DNA of 64,000 bases from assembly GCA_965372795.1 (NCBI GenBank), contig CBDVDR010000005.1:1-64000 (forward strand), read 5' to 3'. A program made the position numbers and the translations under genes. Source of the DNA: an uncultured bacterium. GTDB lineage: Bacteria; Zixibacteria; MSB-5A5; GN15; FEB-12. This document shows positions 19,273 through 29,199 of this stretch, one piece after another (the first letter of the stretch is position 1; each line of letters starts with the position of its first letter). The notes beneath the pieces are model-generated. The model was not told where the DNA came from, ran no database searches, and worked only from the letters and a program-made list of their open reading frames with translations.

Positions 19273-20184
19273 CTAATATTGGTTTACTTCTACGTCGCCC
19301 GTCATAGAGGTCAAAGAAATTTTAGTTCCACCGCCGCCAAATACACCAATCAGTCGATTACGTGACATCGATTTTATCGCAATCGGCACATCAGTTTTTA
19401 TTTCTCCGGCTTTGCTGTCTATATCAAGATAGCCGGATGCAGAAACCGGAACGGAGAAAAATATTTCTCCACTGGTAGTTTCAACAAAGTAATTTTTATC
19501 AGTCGCTAATTCTGTTTCTATTTTTACCGGAGATGAACTTGTTTTCAAATTTATCGAACCGCTTAACTGCTTAATATTGATTTTACCCATTTGTGATTTT
19601 ACTCTGATATCACCTTCAATCCATTGCAAATCAATTTCGGCATGTTCACAAGCTATGCTTATAGGACCCCGGTTGTATTCAACCTTGATCATATCCATAC
19701 TGCCGCTGGTAATATTCACGGAACCATCATGATCAACAATTTCAATTCTTCCCGAACTGACATTAAGGATCAGATTAGTCTCAAGTGGGATCGCAATTTC
19801 AAAATCCACATCGCCAAATGAGTCTTCTCCGCCGCCGATAAATTTTCTCCAGAAAGAATTACTGCGATTTAACATTTTTAAAAAATGGGTAGATACTCTT
19901 ACTTTATTTTTGGAATTAGTTACTTTGATTTCAATATGGTCGGCAACTTCTTCAGCTTCATTTCTGCTTGAAGCTTTTATCCGTTTAACAGCATTAATTA
20001 TAATGCGATTATCATTGGAAGGATAAAATTTAAGATTCCCTTTTGGAATATCAACGGTTAGCTCAACAGAATTCTCCCGGGGAATAATTTTCTGATATTC
20101 AAATTCAAATTCTCCAGCTAAAACAGAGCTGAAACTGAGAAGAATGAATACCGCTGATAAAAATATAACTGTCCTAAATGTCAT
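19273..20184 (-). CDS. DUF4097 family beta-strand repeat protein, secreted
   Basis: Signal peptide; repeated S-S-G-x-I units; GGGGTKISLTSMTGDV C-terminus. Confidence 0.75.
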   Translation of the reverse strand: MTFRTVIFLSAVFILLSFSSVLAGEFEFEYQKIIPRENSVELTVDIPKGNLKFYPSNDNRIIINAVKRIKASSRNEAEEVADHIEIKVTNSKNKVRVSTHFLKMLNRSNSFWRKFIGGGEDSFGDVDFEIAIPLETNLILNVSSGRIEIVDHDGSVNITSGSMDMIKVEYNRGPISIACEHAEIDLQWIEGDIRVKSQMGKINIKQLSGSINLKTSSSPVKIETELATDKNYFVETTSGEIFFSVPVSASGYLDIDSKAGEIKTDVPIAIKSMSRNRLIGVFGGGGTKISLTSMTGDVEVNQY

Positions 20185-20209
20185 ATACTATAACTCCTTG
20201 TTCCACGGG

Positions 20210-20773
20210 TTAAATCCCTTTTAACTTCTTTTTTAGAAGTTCCCGTGCACGAAAAATTCTCGCTTTGACGGTACCTACAGGTATATTCATTAAATCGGCT
20301 ATTTCCTCATATGATTTATCATCTTTATGACGATAAATGATAACTTCCCGATATTTTGTGGGAAGTTCTTCAATTGCTTCAACTATACTAATTCGCTGTT
20401 GTTTTCGAACTAAATCCTTTTCAGGATTGTAAGAATCATCAGCAACCTCTATTTCTACTGTCCCTTCGCCGGTATCAAGCTGTTGATCAAGAGATAAGGC
20501 ATTAATTCGCTTCTTTCTCAAAAAATCGATAGAGCAATTAGCGGCTATTTTATAAAGCCAAGTCGAAAATTTGTACTCAGACCGGTAACTGGCTAAAGAT
20601 GAGAAAGCTTTCATAAAAGTTTCCTGCACCAGATCATTAGCCGTATCGGTATTCCTTACAATCTTATAGATTATATGATATACCGGTGTCTTATACTTTT
20701 CAGATAATTGCCGAAAAGCTTTTTGGCTCCCTTTTAGAGCGTTCTCAATCAATTCTAAGTCAATATTTATCAA
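20210..20773 (-). CDS. ECF sigma factor, SigW-like
   Basis: DLVQETF, FSTWLYKIA-x-N, SYEEIA, GTVKARIFRAR. Confidence 0.92.
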   Translation of the reverse strand: MINIDLELIENALKGSQKAFRQLSEKYKTPVYHIIYKIVRNTDTANDLVQETFMKAFSSLASYRSEYKFSTWLYKIAANCSIDFLRKKRINALSLDQQLDTGEGTVEIEVADDSYNPEKDLVRKQQRISIVEAIEELPTKYREVIIYRHKDDKSYEEIADLMNIPVGTVKARIFRARELLKKKLKGI

Positions 20774-20790
20774 AGTTGCCTTCTCTTAAA

Positions 20791-20816
20791 TACGATTCAC
20801 TGAGATAGGAGTTTCA
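20791..20816 (-). promoter_or_regulatory. SigW-type autoregulatory promoter
   Basis: Exact TGAAAC-N16-CGTA immediately upstream of the ECF gene. Confidence 0.75.
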
Positions 20817-21095
20817 TTGATGCTGAATATAACTATAACTTTAACTTACTGACAAGCTAAAACGAGAACCTCTCAACGTCTTATAAATCAACAAATTAAG
20901 GTAACAATGCGACTACTGGACAATTATTCTGACTTCACTGTGTCTAAAAAAGTCAAAACTATTGAATAAGATTATTTCATAAATCAAATTTTAAACAATT
21001 AACCACTGAGCATTAAGAATATAGACTGAATTCCTAATGAAAACCAAACAATCTGTCGATTAATCATTAAGGATTAAAATATATAGGAAATAAAC

Positions 21096-21884
21096 ATGAC
21101 AATTTACGATTATCCAAAATATTATGAAGTTGCTTTTTCTTTTAGAGATATTAGCGCTGAATCTATTTTCCTTAAAAAATGTATCGAGAAATATTCTGAT
21201 ATCCCGGTAAATAAATTGTTAGAAATTGCCTGTGGACCAGCGCCGCATGCCGGGGAATTGACAAACCTTGGATATTCATATACCGGTTTTGACATTAACC
21301 AAAAAATGCTTGATTTTGCTCAAGATAAATGGACAAATTTAAAAACCCCTATCAATTTAATTAATGCCGACATGACTTCATTCGCAATTATCGATAAATT
21401 CGAGTTTGCTTTTATAATGCTTGGATCTTTGTATATCAATAGCTCCAAAGAATTACACTCCCATTTTGATTCGTTAAGTCAAGTTTTAGAAGATGGCGGA
21501 TTATATTTTCTTGACTGGTGCATTCAGTTTAGCGACCCGCTGATTCACAATAAAAATAATAGTTTCCAGATAGAAAAAGATGGAATCAAAATTAACTCCA
21601 ATTTCGATATTAGACTAATTGATGAAAAAGAACAGATGTACGAAGAAATCTGGTCAGTCAAAATCGATGATGACGGCTTGAAAAAAGAATTAGAAATGAA
21701 AGAACTCAACAAAGCGATAAAGCCGATGGAATTTCTTGATTTTATCAAATCAAGGGAAGATTTTGAATTTGTTGATTGGTGGAGCGATTGGGATTTCGAC
21801 AAACAAATTGAAGATACTAACCAAGTGACAAGACCGGTAGCACTGGTCAGAAAAGTAAATTCAAAAAAGGCTGCCAATAAATAA
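21096..21884 (+). CDS. Class I SAM-dependent methyltransferase
   Basis: LLEIACGPA, GFDIN, ADM, GGLYFLD. Confidence 0.85.
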   Translation: MTIYDYPKYYEVAFSFRDISAESIFLKKCIEKYSDIPVNKLLEIACGPAPHAGELTNLGYSYTGFDINQKMLDFAQDKWTNLKTPINLINADMTSFAIIDKFEFAFIMLGSLYINSSKELHSHFDSLSQVLEDGGLYFLDWCIQFSDPLIHNKNNSFQIEKDGIKINSNFDIRLIDEKEQMYEEIWSVKIDDDGLKKELEMKELNKAIKPMEFLDFIKSREDFEFVDWWSDWDFDKQIEDTNQVTRPVALVRKVNSKKAANK

Positions 21885-21919
21885 TTCGACAGCCTCGCAG
21901 TAATATTCTTAATAAATTA

Positions 21920-22609
21920 TTAGATTTTCTTAACTGATTTCACCATTGCCATAAATGCTTCTATCATAATCTTTGCGGTATAATCAGGACCGGTAAGCTT
22001 AAAAAACACATTGCCTTCCGGAGCTTCAACAATTGCACCAACCATACGGTAATTAGATTTTTCAACTGGCTGACCAGACATCGGTCCACCCATTGATGCT
22101 GAATAGATTCCATAAATTGATAACATATGGACTGTCATACCATCAACCTCAAGCTTATACTGAATAGCTCCGCTTTTAGGATCGCGACCATCCATTAGTG
22201 ACATCTGATTTATCCAACGATCCAAATTCGCCTCAACACTGCCACCATCTGTTTTACCAAAGTAGAAGACTAAAACTGTGGCTGAGTCTGTTTCTTTTTC
22301 AAGCGGACCATAAGCATAACTGGCTTTACGCATTCCTTTTGGTCCAAAATCTGTCCATTGCGTTGCGGGTACAAACTTAATTCCGCCAAGATCAACCGGT
22401 TTGCCATTTAAATCAAATGGGATATCCGATGGAGTATATTCTATTTTAATAGTTCCACTATTGTCGGAATCTGTTTTTACCAAACCATCACTCTTTTGAG
22501 CTTGTTCCTGAGATTGACCAGCCTGACTATCTGACTGCTCAGCTTTCTCTTCCGAGCAACCAAAAACAAGCAATCCCGCAAGAACTAAAACCGATAATTT
22601 CTTTACCAT
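21920..22609 (-). CDS. Hypothetical lipoprotein
   Basis: Lipobox VFGC; GGSVEANLDRWINQ and FFKLTGP look like conserved motifs. Confidence 0.65.
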   Translation of the reverse strand: MVKKLSVLVLAGLLVFGCSEEKAEQSDSQAGQSQEQAQKSDGLVKTDSDNSGTIKIEYTPSDIPFDLNGKPVDLGGIKFVPATQWTDFGPKGMRKASYAYGPLEKETDSATVLVFYFGKTDGGSVEANLDRWINQMSLMDGRDPKSGAIQYKLEVDGMTVHMLSIYGIYSASMGGPMSGQPVEKSNYRMVGAIVEAPEGNVFFKLTGPDYTAKIMIEAFMAMVKSVKKI

Positions 22610-22680
22610 TTTATCCTTTCTGTTTTCAAATTATCAAAACTGAACCAGTTTAATGATATTTTATAAAATATGCAAGACCG

Positions 22681-23877
22681 TTAGTTGGCTGATTGTCTAT
22701 TTATGATTTTTTCAAATCCTGCCGGATCGGTGTCACCTTCGGTATTTATTAATAATACTCTGCTATTTTCATTTAACTGCAGTTTTTCTCTCAATCCCTG
22801 ATATTCTGGAGACATGATTACTAACAACCCGGCAAGACCGGCTGCACCCGATTCACCGGCAATGATCCGGGAATCATTCTTGATTGGATTATAAAAAATT
22901 CTCATTGCCTTTTCACAATAATTATCCTCAATCGCAAGAAATAATCCAAAAGAATCCTGAATAATAGGAAAGGCTACTGATGATGGCGTTCCACAATTTA
23001 ATCCAACCATTATAGTTTCCAAACTTCCTTGTGATGATCTTATCGAACCATCGCCTCTTAAGATTGATTCGAGCATACAATCAGCCTCAATCGGCTCTAC
23101 ACATATCAGCGTTGGTTTTTCACCCCTGAAGCCATTGTAATAAACTCCGGCTGCCGCTGCTAAGGCTCCAACCCCGCACTGAACGATAACAAAATCGTTT
23201 TTATTGAGATAATCCGGAGCAAGGGCATCATTTATTTCATCAAAGATGGTCAAATATCCAGCCATGATATCTTTAGGAATATTTTCATAACCCTGATAAG
23301 ATGTATCAGAAATTACAGTCCAACCATTTTGTTCTGCATCCAGTGCCGCTTGTTTAACAGCCAGATCATAAGAGCCATCAACTAAAACCACTTTGCCATT
23401 TTCATTTTGAATATTCTCTATCCGTGCTTTTACTGAGTCAGCAGGCATATAAATGACTGCTTTTTGACCTAATTGTTTGGCCGTCCAGGCGACAGCTCGA
23501 CCATGATTGCCATCGGTTGCGGTGCAAAACGTAATTTCCCCGATAACAGTCTTGGTCTCTTTTTCAAAGAATTGATTGATCGAAAATTTGACCCCTGTTT
23601 TCTGCTCATATTTTTGCTTCAGGAGTCGGTATATTGCGTATGATGCTCCCAGCACTTTGAACGCCTTCAAATTCATTCGACTGGATTCATCTTTAATCAA
23701 AATATCTTTGATTCCAAATTTTTCAGCTAAAGCTGGCAGTCGAATCAGACTAGTAGGCCAATAACCGGGTAAAGACTGATGAAATTCTCTGATTGTTTCT
23801 AAATCTTTTAGAGAATTATTATAATCAGCTCTTAAGTCCAAATCTTCAGTAATCCGATTGTAACAGAAATTAACCAT
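22681..23877 (-). CDS. dpaL: Diaminopropionate ammonia-lyase
   Basis: KDES-x-R, AFKVLGA, TATDGNHG, GESGAAG, NTEGDTDP. Confidence 0.9.
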   Translation of the reverse strand: MVNFCYNRITEDLDLRADYNNSLKDLETIREFHQSLPGYWPTSLIRLPALAEKFGIKDILIKDESSRMNLKAFKVLGASYAIYRLLKQKYEQKTGVKFSINQFFEKETKTVIGEITFCTATDGNHGRAVAWTAKQLGQKAVIYMPADSVKARIENIQNENGKVVLVDGSYDLAVKQAALDAEQNGWTVISDTSYQGYENIPKDIMAGYLTIFDEINDALAPDYLNKNDFVIVQCGVGALAAAAGVYYNGFRGEKPTLICVEPIEADCMLESILRGDGSIRSSQGSLETIMVGLNCGTPSSVAFPIIQDSFGLFLAIEDNYCEKAMRIFYNPIKNDSRIIAGESGAAGLAGLLVIMSPEYQGLREKLQLNENSRVLLINTEGDTDPAGFEKIINRQSAN

Positions 23878-24102
23878 CCTGAATTATATTATATGATGTT
23901 AACTTTTACAATTAATATCAGTTTTAATCTGATTTTATCTATTTTAGAACCAAGCGGCGCAAAGTATGTTAAATAATTGAAATAAATTGACAAAAAAACA
24001 AGGTCTGTTATATTCAGTTATAGCACTGTGATACTACGATATAATAAAAAAATGTACCCTCACCTTGAGTAAAAGAAGAATAAACCGATTTATAAAATAT
24101 AA

Positions 24103-26352
24103 ATGAGAACGAAAATGAAAAATTGCATCACAATATTGCTGACTATCCTTATTTTATCACCATTGACTTATTCTCAGGTAAGTATCGGGGGTAAACCGGT
24201 GAGTTTTTCTAAACCGTCAAAAGCAACCGTTCCCACGGTTAAAACGCCTCCTATAAATCGGGCAAAGATGTTAAATGAGGATATCGAGGAAGGCAAACTG
24301 GGGATGCCGTACCGATTTGGTACTCCTTTTGATGTCAATTATACTTTAGAAAACTCCGGTGTGTGGGAAACATCGGCTGATGGAAGCCGGATGTGGCAAT
24401 TGAGAATCGAGACTTCCAACGCTTATGCAATTAACCTCATATATGACCATTTTGAGATTCCCGAAGGCGCTCGTTTTTATATTTATAATGAAGATAAAAG
24501 CATGGTCATCGGAGCGTTCACTTCTGAAAATAATAAAGAATATAAAAAATTCTCAACGGCACCGGTTCAAGGACCGGTCTCAATTTTAGAATATTTTGAA
24601 CCGGCTGATGCGGCCTTTCGCGGTATTATTTCTATCGAACGAATTGTTCATGCTTATAGAGATATTTTCAGTTGGGATGTTGCCAAAGCAGTTGCCGGAT
24701 TTGGATCTTCCGGTTCCTGCAACAATAATGTCAATTGCCCCGAAGGTGACCCTTGGCAGGATGAAAAAAGAGCGGTAGTGATGTTATTAACCGGAGGCGG
24801 ATTCAGATTCTGTTCCGGAGCTATGATTAATAATGTTCGTGAAGACTTAACGCCATACTTATTAACGGCTGAACATTGTTTGGGTGGCGAGTCGACATGG
24901 TTAATTATGTATAACTATGAAAGCCCCACCTGTGACAATATCAATGGTCCCACATATATGACTGTCTCAGGGACTACTCTGCTTGCAAATAATGGTTATA
25001 GTGATTTTGCTTTACTTAGATTAAGTGAAAATCCTCCTGATTCTTATGATGTGTACTATGCCGGCTGGTCAGCAATCGACAGCCCGGCTCCCCGGACAGT
25101 CGGGATACATCATCCTTCCGGAGATATTAAAAAAATCTCATTTGATAGTGATCCGGTAATTGAAACCAGTTATCTCGGGTCCTCCGGTGATTCACATTGG
25201 CGCGTTGTTAAATGGGATGACGGCACTACCGAAGGCGGTTCATCGGGCTCTCCCCTGTTTGACGATAATCATAGAATTATAGGACAGCTCCATGGTGGTT
25301 TTGCTTCCTGTTCAAGCCCGACCTCTGACTGGTATGGGCAGTTTTCTGAGTCCTGGGATCATGGCTCAAATATGCTGATAAGTTTGAAAGAATGGTTAGA
25401 CCCCGACAATACCGGCACGATGGTTCTTGATGGAATTGATGCTGCCGGCTTAACTTTTACCGCCGACACAACTATCGGCTGGGTGCCATTACTTGTGAAT
25501 TTTAATGCCACCTCTAAAGTCACTCCGGTTTCATGGACATGGGATTTTGGAGACGGTGATTCTGCCTTTGTTGAAGACCCGACTCATCTTTATGACACCC
25601 CCGGATTATTTGATGTTAAACTCGAAATTGACACATCGGGTGTTGAAGATCCGTTTCGCCTAAGATCAAACTATATTGCTGTCCTTGCTGATACTATTAT
25701 TGGTGAAGAAGTCGAATATGTTTCCGGTTCGACCGTTGAAGTTGTTATTTCAGCAAGAAACAATGTTCCGGTCGGAATGTTTAAAATTCCGATAGAATAT
25801 GGCGGCGACATCGATTTAAATCTTCAATCCTATACAACTTCCGGCTATAGAACAGAATATTTTGAAGATCTTGCTTACAGTCATGACGACCCTAACAATA
25901 ATCGAAAAACAATAAGACTCCGGGCTTCAACTAATGGCAGTCAACCCGAACTTCCACCCGGCGATGGTCCGATTCTAAAACTAACTTTCACTTTTGGTTC
26001 AAACCCCAACCCGGATCAAATTACAACAATTCAGGTTGATGGTTATATTGCCGGAACTTTTGAATTTCTACCTCAATTTACAAGCTCGGTTATAACATTT
26101 AATCCGGCCTCTGACAATGGATCGGTTTTCTATCCGGCTTGTTGTTTTATGCGCGGCGATGTTGACCATAGCGGTGAGCTTGGTATCTCTGATGTTACCT
26201 TTTTTGTAACTTATTTCTTTGCCTTTGGAGATGAACCTCCGTGTGATGAAGAAGCAAATGTCGATGCTATTGGAATTCTAAATATAGCCGATCTGACTTA
26301 TCTGGTTGATTATATATTCAATGCCGGCCCGATTCCGCCGGATTGTTTGTAG
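24103..26352 (+). CDS. Secreted lysyl-endopeptidase-like (S1) serine protease with PKD, cohesin-like and dockerin domains
   Basis: LTAEHC, SDFALL and GSSGSP triad; WDFGDG PKD; CC-x-x-RGDVD...ISDVT and ANVD...IADLT duplicated dockerin loops. Confidence 0.85.
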   Translation: MRTKMKNCITILLTILILSPLTYSQVSIGGKPVSFSKPSKATVPTVKTPPINRAKMLNEDIEEGKLGMPYRFGTPFDVNYTLENSGVWETSADGSRMWQLRIETSNAYAINLIYDHFEIPEGARFYIYNEDKSMVIGAFTSENNKEYKKFSTAPVQGPVSILEYFEPADAAFRGIISIERIVHAYRDIFSWDVAKAVAGFGSSGSCNNNVNCPEGDPWQDEKRAVVMLLTGGGFRFCSGAMINNVREDLTPYLLTAEHCLGGESTWLIMYNYESPTCDNINGPTYMTVSGTTLLANNGYSDFALLRLSENPPDSYDVYYAGWSAIDSPAPRTVGIHHPSGDIKKISFDSDPVIETSYLGSSGDSHWRVVKWDDGTTEGGSSGSPLFDDNHRIIGQLHGGFASCSSPTSDWYGQFSESWDHGSNMLISLKEWLDPDNTGTMVLDGIDAAGLTFTADTTIGWVPLLVNFNATSKVTPVSWTWDFGDGDSAFVEDPTHLYDTPGLFDVKLEIDTSGVEDPFRLRSNYIAVLADTIIGEEVEYVSGSTVEVVISARNNVPVGMFKIPIEYGGDIDLNLQSYTTSGYRTEYFEDLAYSHDDPNNNRKTIRLRASTNGSQPELPPGDGPILKLTFTFGSNPNPDQITTIQVDGYIAGTFEFLPQFTSSVITFNPASDNGSVFYPACCFMRGDVDHSGELGISDVTFFVTYFFAFGDEPPCDEEANVDAIGILNIADLTYLVDYIFNAGPIPPDCL

Positions 26353-26357
26353 TAATC

Positions 26358-27089
26358 CTATCGTTTTCGCCAGAGCCGTTTGATTTCTCTCTCGCCTAAA
26401 GGTTGTTTATGTTTCACCTTTAAACTTTCAGCCCACTCACGGGAAAAATCCCGTTGCAGATAAATATTAATCAAAGCTGTGATAATCATTGCAATCGCAG
26501 CTCCTAACGACGCCAACCCCATATCCTTATGAGCATCCCATATATCACCCTGGGTTCCAAGATACGCCGCCCCTAATTCACCGCCGAATATTTCAGCAGC
26601 AGCCCATTCGATCAATTCGAAAATCATCGAGGTCGACATGGTAACATCAAGCGGGAGAAAATATCCCCAAAACCCCTGAACACTTGCAACCCGATGGAAC
26701 ACCTCCCGAATCGGATACGCCAATAGCAAGCCGTAGGAAAAATGCACCAACCGATCATAATGATTCCGCTCCCAGTTAAAGATTTCATTCAAAGTACTGC
26801 CAAACATTGATGACCACCATTGATCGTAGGGAACATTGGAGTAGGTATAATGCGAACCGACTTCATGCAGACATAAAAATATAAATATCAAAGTGTATGA
26901 AATTTTTGAAAGAGGCAGTTTTTTGTAACTGAAGATTAAAAACGGGATTATTATTATTACAAGAGCATTCTCAAGCAGCCAGTCATGCCGATCAAGCGGA
27001 TCAATCGCTAACAGCAACCATATTACAAAAAAGATTCCCCCTAATATAGAAGGATAGAATGAATTTGATCTTATTTTTTGATTAGCCAT
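26358..27089 (-). CDS. DUF2238 family inner-membrane protein
   Basis: DWLLEN, HYTY, RNHYDRLVHF, QGDIWDAHKDM. Confidence 0.85.
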   Translation of the reverse strand: MANQKIRSNSFYPSILGGIFFVIWLLLAIDPLDRHDWLLENALVIIIIPFLIFSYKKLPLSKISYTLIFIFLCLHEVGSHYTYSNVPYDQWWSSMFGSTLNEIFNWERNHYDRLVHFSYGLLLAYPIREVFHRVASVQGFWGYFLPLDVTMSTSMIFELIEWAAAEIFGGELGAAYLGTQGDIWDAHKDMGLASLGAAIAMIITALINIYLQRDFSREWAESLKVKHKQPLGEREIKRLWRKR

Positions 27090-27141
27090 GATTCACCTTT
27101 ATTAAGATGGTGTTTGTTTAATCAATGCTTGTTTGTGAATA

Positions 27142-28500
27142 CTATTTGTTCATCAATTTCTTGCGATATTCTTTATAATTCACAAGATACTCATTCAGCG
27201 ATTTTTCACGACCGACCGGTTTTGGTAAATAATATTCGACCCCTGCTAATTCTTCCGGAAAATATTCCTGATCGGTAATCGCACCCTCGTATTCATGGGC
27301 ATACTTATAATTTTTACCATACCCAAGATTTTTCATGAGCGAGGTCGGGGCGTTGCGGATCCACAGCGGAACCGGTAAAGAACCTTTTTCTTCAGCATCA
27401 ACCTTTGCTTTTTTAAATGCCGAATAAGTCGCATTCGATTTTGGCGCACACGCCATATAAATTACTGCCTGCGCAATAGCAAGTTCACCCTCCGGTGAAC
27501 CTAAAAAATGATACGCATCACGGGCATTCATACAAATGGTCAAAGCATAGGGGTCAGCCAGACCGATATCTTCAGAGGCAAAGCGAACCATCCGGCGAAT
27601 AATATATTTTGGATCCTCGCCCCCGTGAAGCATCCTTGCCAACCAGTAAAGCGAAGCATTGGCATCACCGCCGCGGAGTGATTTATGCAGAGCGGAAATT
27701 ATATTAAAATGTTCCTCGCCGTTTTTATCATAGACAGAAAATCCGCGCTGATGAACCTGAGTTAGAATTTCGTTGGTTATTTTTTTATCATCGGCAACAA
27801 ACTTGGAAGCTTCTTCTAAAAGAGTCAAACCCCGGCGGGCATCGCCATCGGCGGCATTAACAATAAAAGTTAAGGCTTCATCATCAATAATAAGTTCCAT
27901 CTCGCCCAGTCCGCGTTCTTTGTTTGATAAAGCATTTTTTAAAATATCTGCAAGGGCTGCTTCGTTTAAGCGTTCTAAAACATAAACTCTTAGTCGTGAT
28001 AACAAAGCGCTATTGACTTCAAATGATGGGTTTTCCGTTGTAGCTCCAATCAGCACGATGTCACCTTTTTCGACATAGGGTAAAAAGGCGTCCTGCTGGG
28101 CTTTGTTGAAACGGTGGATTTCATCAATAAAAACATAGGTGCGTCTGCCGGACATCTGATAGTAACTGCCCGCTTTGGAGATCAGGGCTTTGACCTCTTT
28201 AATACCGGTAGAGACTGCGGAAAACTTGACAAACTGACCATGAGTGGCACGGGCGATGATTTCGGCAAGGGTCGTTTTACCTGATCCAGGCGGACCCCAG
28301 AAAATCGAGGATGAGACCCGGTCGTTTTCGATTGAGATGCGGAGCGGTTTATCTTTGCCGATTATTTTTTCCTGCCCGAAAAACTCATCAACAGTGTGGG
28401 GACGCATCCGGTCAGCCAGTGGTTTGATAGAATTAACAGCCCTGGCTGAGACAGTCATATCTTCATTAGTGGGACTTTGTCCCTTTTCGAAAAAATCCAT
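27142..28500 (-). CDS. rarA: Replication-associated recombination protein A (MgsA/RarA)
   Basis: PLADRMRP, GPPGSGKTT, DEIHRFNKAQQD, SALHKS, ASEDIGLAD. Confidence 0.95.
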   Translation of the reverse strand: MDFFEKGQSPTNEDMTVSARAVNSIKPLADRMRPHTVDEFFGQEKIIGKDKPLRISIENDRVSSSIFWGPPGSGKTTLAEIIARATHGQFVKFSAVSTGIKEVKALISKAGSYYQMSGRRTYVFIDEIHRFNKAQQDAFLPYVEKGDIVLIGATTENPSFEVNSALLSRLRVYVLERLNEAALADILKNALSNKERGLGEMELIIDDEALTFIVNAADGDARRGLTLLEEASKFVADDKKITNEILTQVHQRGFSVYDKNGEEHFNIISALHKSLRGGDANASLYWLARMLHGGEDPKYIIRRMVRFASEDIGLADPYALTICMNARDAYHFLGSPEGELAIAQAVIYMACAPKSNATYSAFKKAKVDAEEKGSLPVPLWIRNAPTSLMKNLGYGKNYKYAHEYEGAITDQEYFPEELAGVEYYLPKPVGREKSLNEYLVNYKEYRKKLMNK

Positions 28501-28535
28501 AGATAGAATATACTCTTTAGGTTAATTGACCACAA

Positions 28536-28780
28536 TCACACTTCGTGTGTTTTATCCGTTTTTGAGATTTTTTTCTTAGCTAAAGTTTCTTCTGATTTCC
28601 CTAAAATTTGCCGTAATCCGTTTGGTACTTTCCCTTTACAAGGAAATGGGTTCGCACACGTTGTGTGATTATCTCTGGCGACACACACTTCGTATGGTTT
28701 ATTATCTTCATGTTTTCCCTTGTAACTCCTTCTGATTGTTGATTGTACAATGAAATGGGCTCTCACACTTCGTATGGTTT
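28536..28780 (-). repeat. Cluster of short repeats with CACAC-GAA-GTGTG-type mini-hairpins; left member of an inverted pair
   Basis: CACACTTCGT(G/A)TG occurs three times plus CACACGTTGTGTG; 28684-28759 is the inverted homologue of 31816-31891. Confidence 0.75.
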
Positions 28781-28951
28781 CTAAAGTTCTGTTGGGTCTT
28801 GATTTGCTGGAAGCAAATTGTGACCCGACAGTTTTAACTTTTATTTCTCTCCACAATTTTTCGGTATTAAATGTATACTTTTTCCATTTGATTTAGTGGA
28901 CGGTTTGCCATGTCGAACCCTCGAGGTGTTTTATTTTCCTTTAAATGAATT

Positions 28952-28979
28952 GACAGAACACTAAAGGGTTCTGCCCTAC
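28952..28979 (-). repeat. GTAG-family REP element
   Basis: GTAG-GGCAGAAC-CCTTTAGT-GTTCTGTC: GTAG tetranucleotide followed by an imperfect palindrome. Confidence 0.65.
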
Positions 28980-29199
28980 GAATATCTATCAAAACCGACT
29001 TCACGTCCATTCCCAAAACTAATTGATATCGCCAAAGCTAACGAGCAAAACCTCTGGAGATTGTAACAAACTCTAAGCTTGTTTTAAATTAATCGTTTAC
29101 CTATTAGTATTTATTTAAAATTACACATTGGATCAGACAAGTTGTTATGCAAAAGCAATTTGAATAAATATAAGTGATAAAGATTCTGTCGTGCGATTG

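Noticed and set aside
28536..28780. Mini-CRISPR array
   Set aside because: The repeats are only 13-17 bp with irregular spacing, and the intervening sequences are themselves related.
28536..28856. 106-aa ORF
   Set aside because: It reads through the repeat cluster, has a weak start and no recognisable domain; better explained as non-coding repeats.
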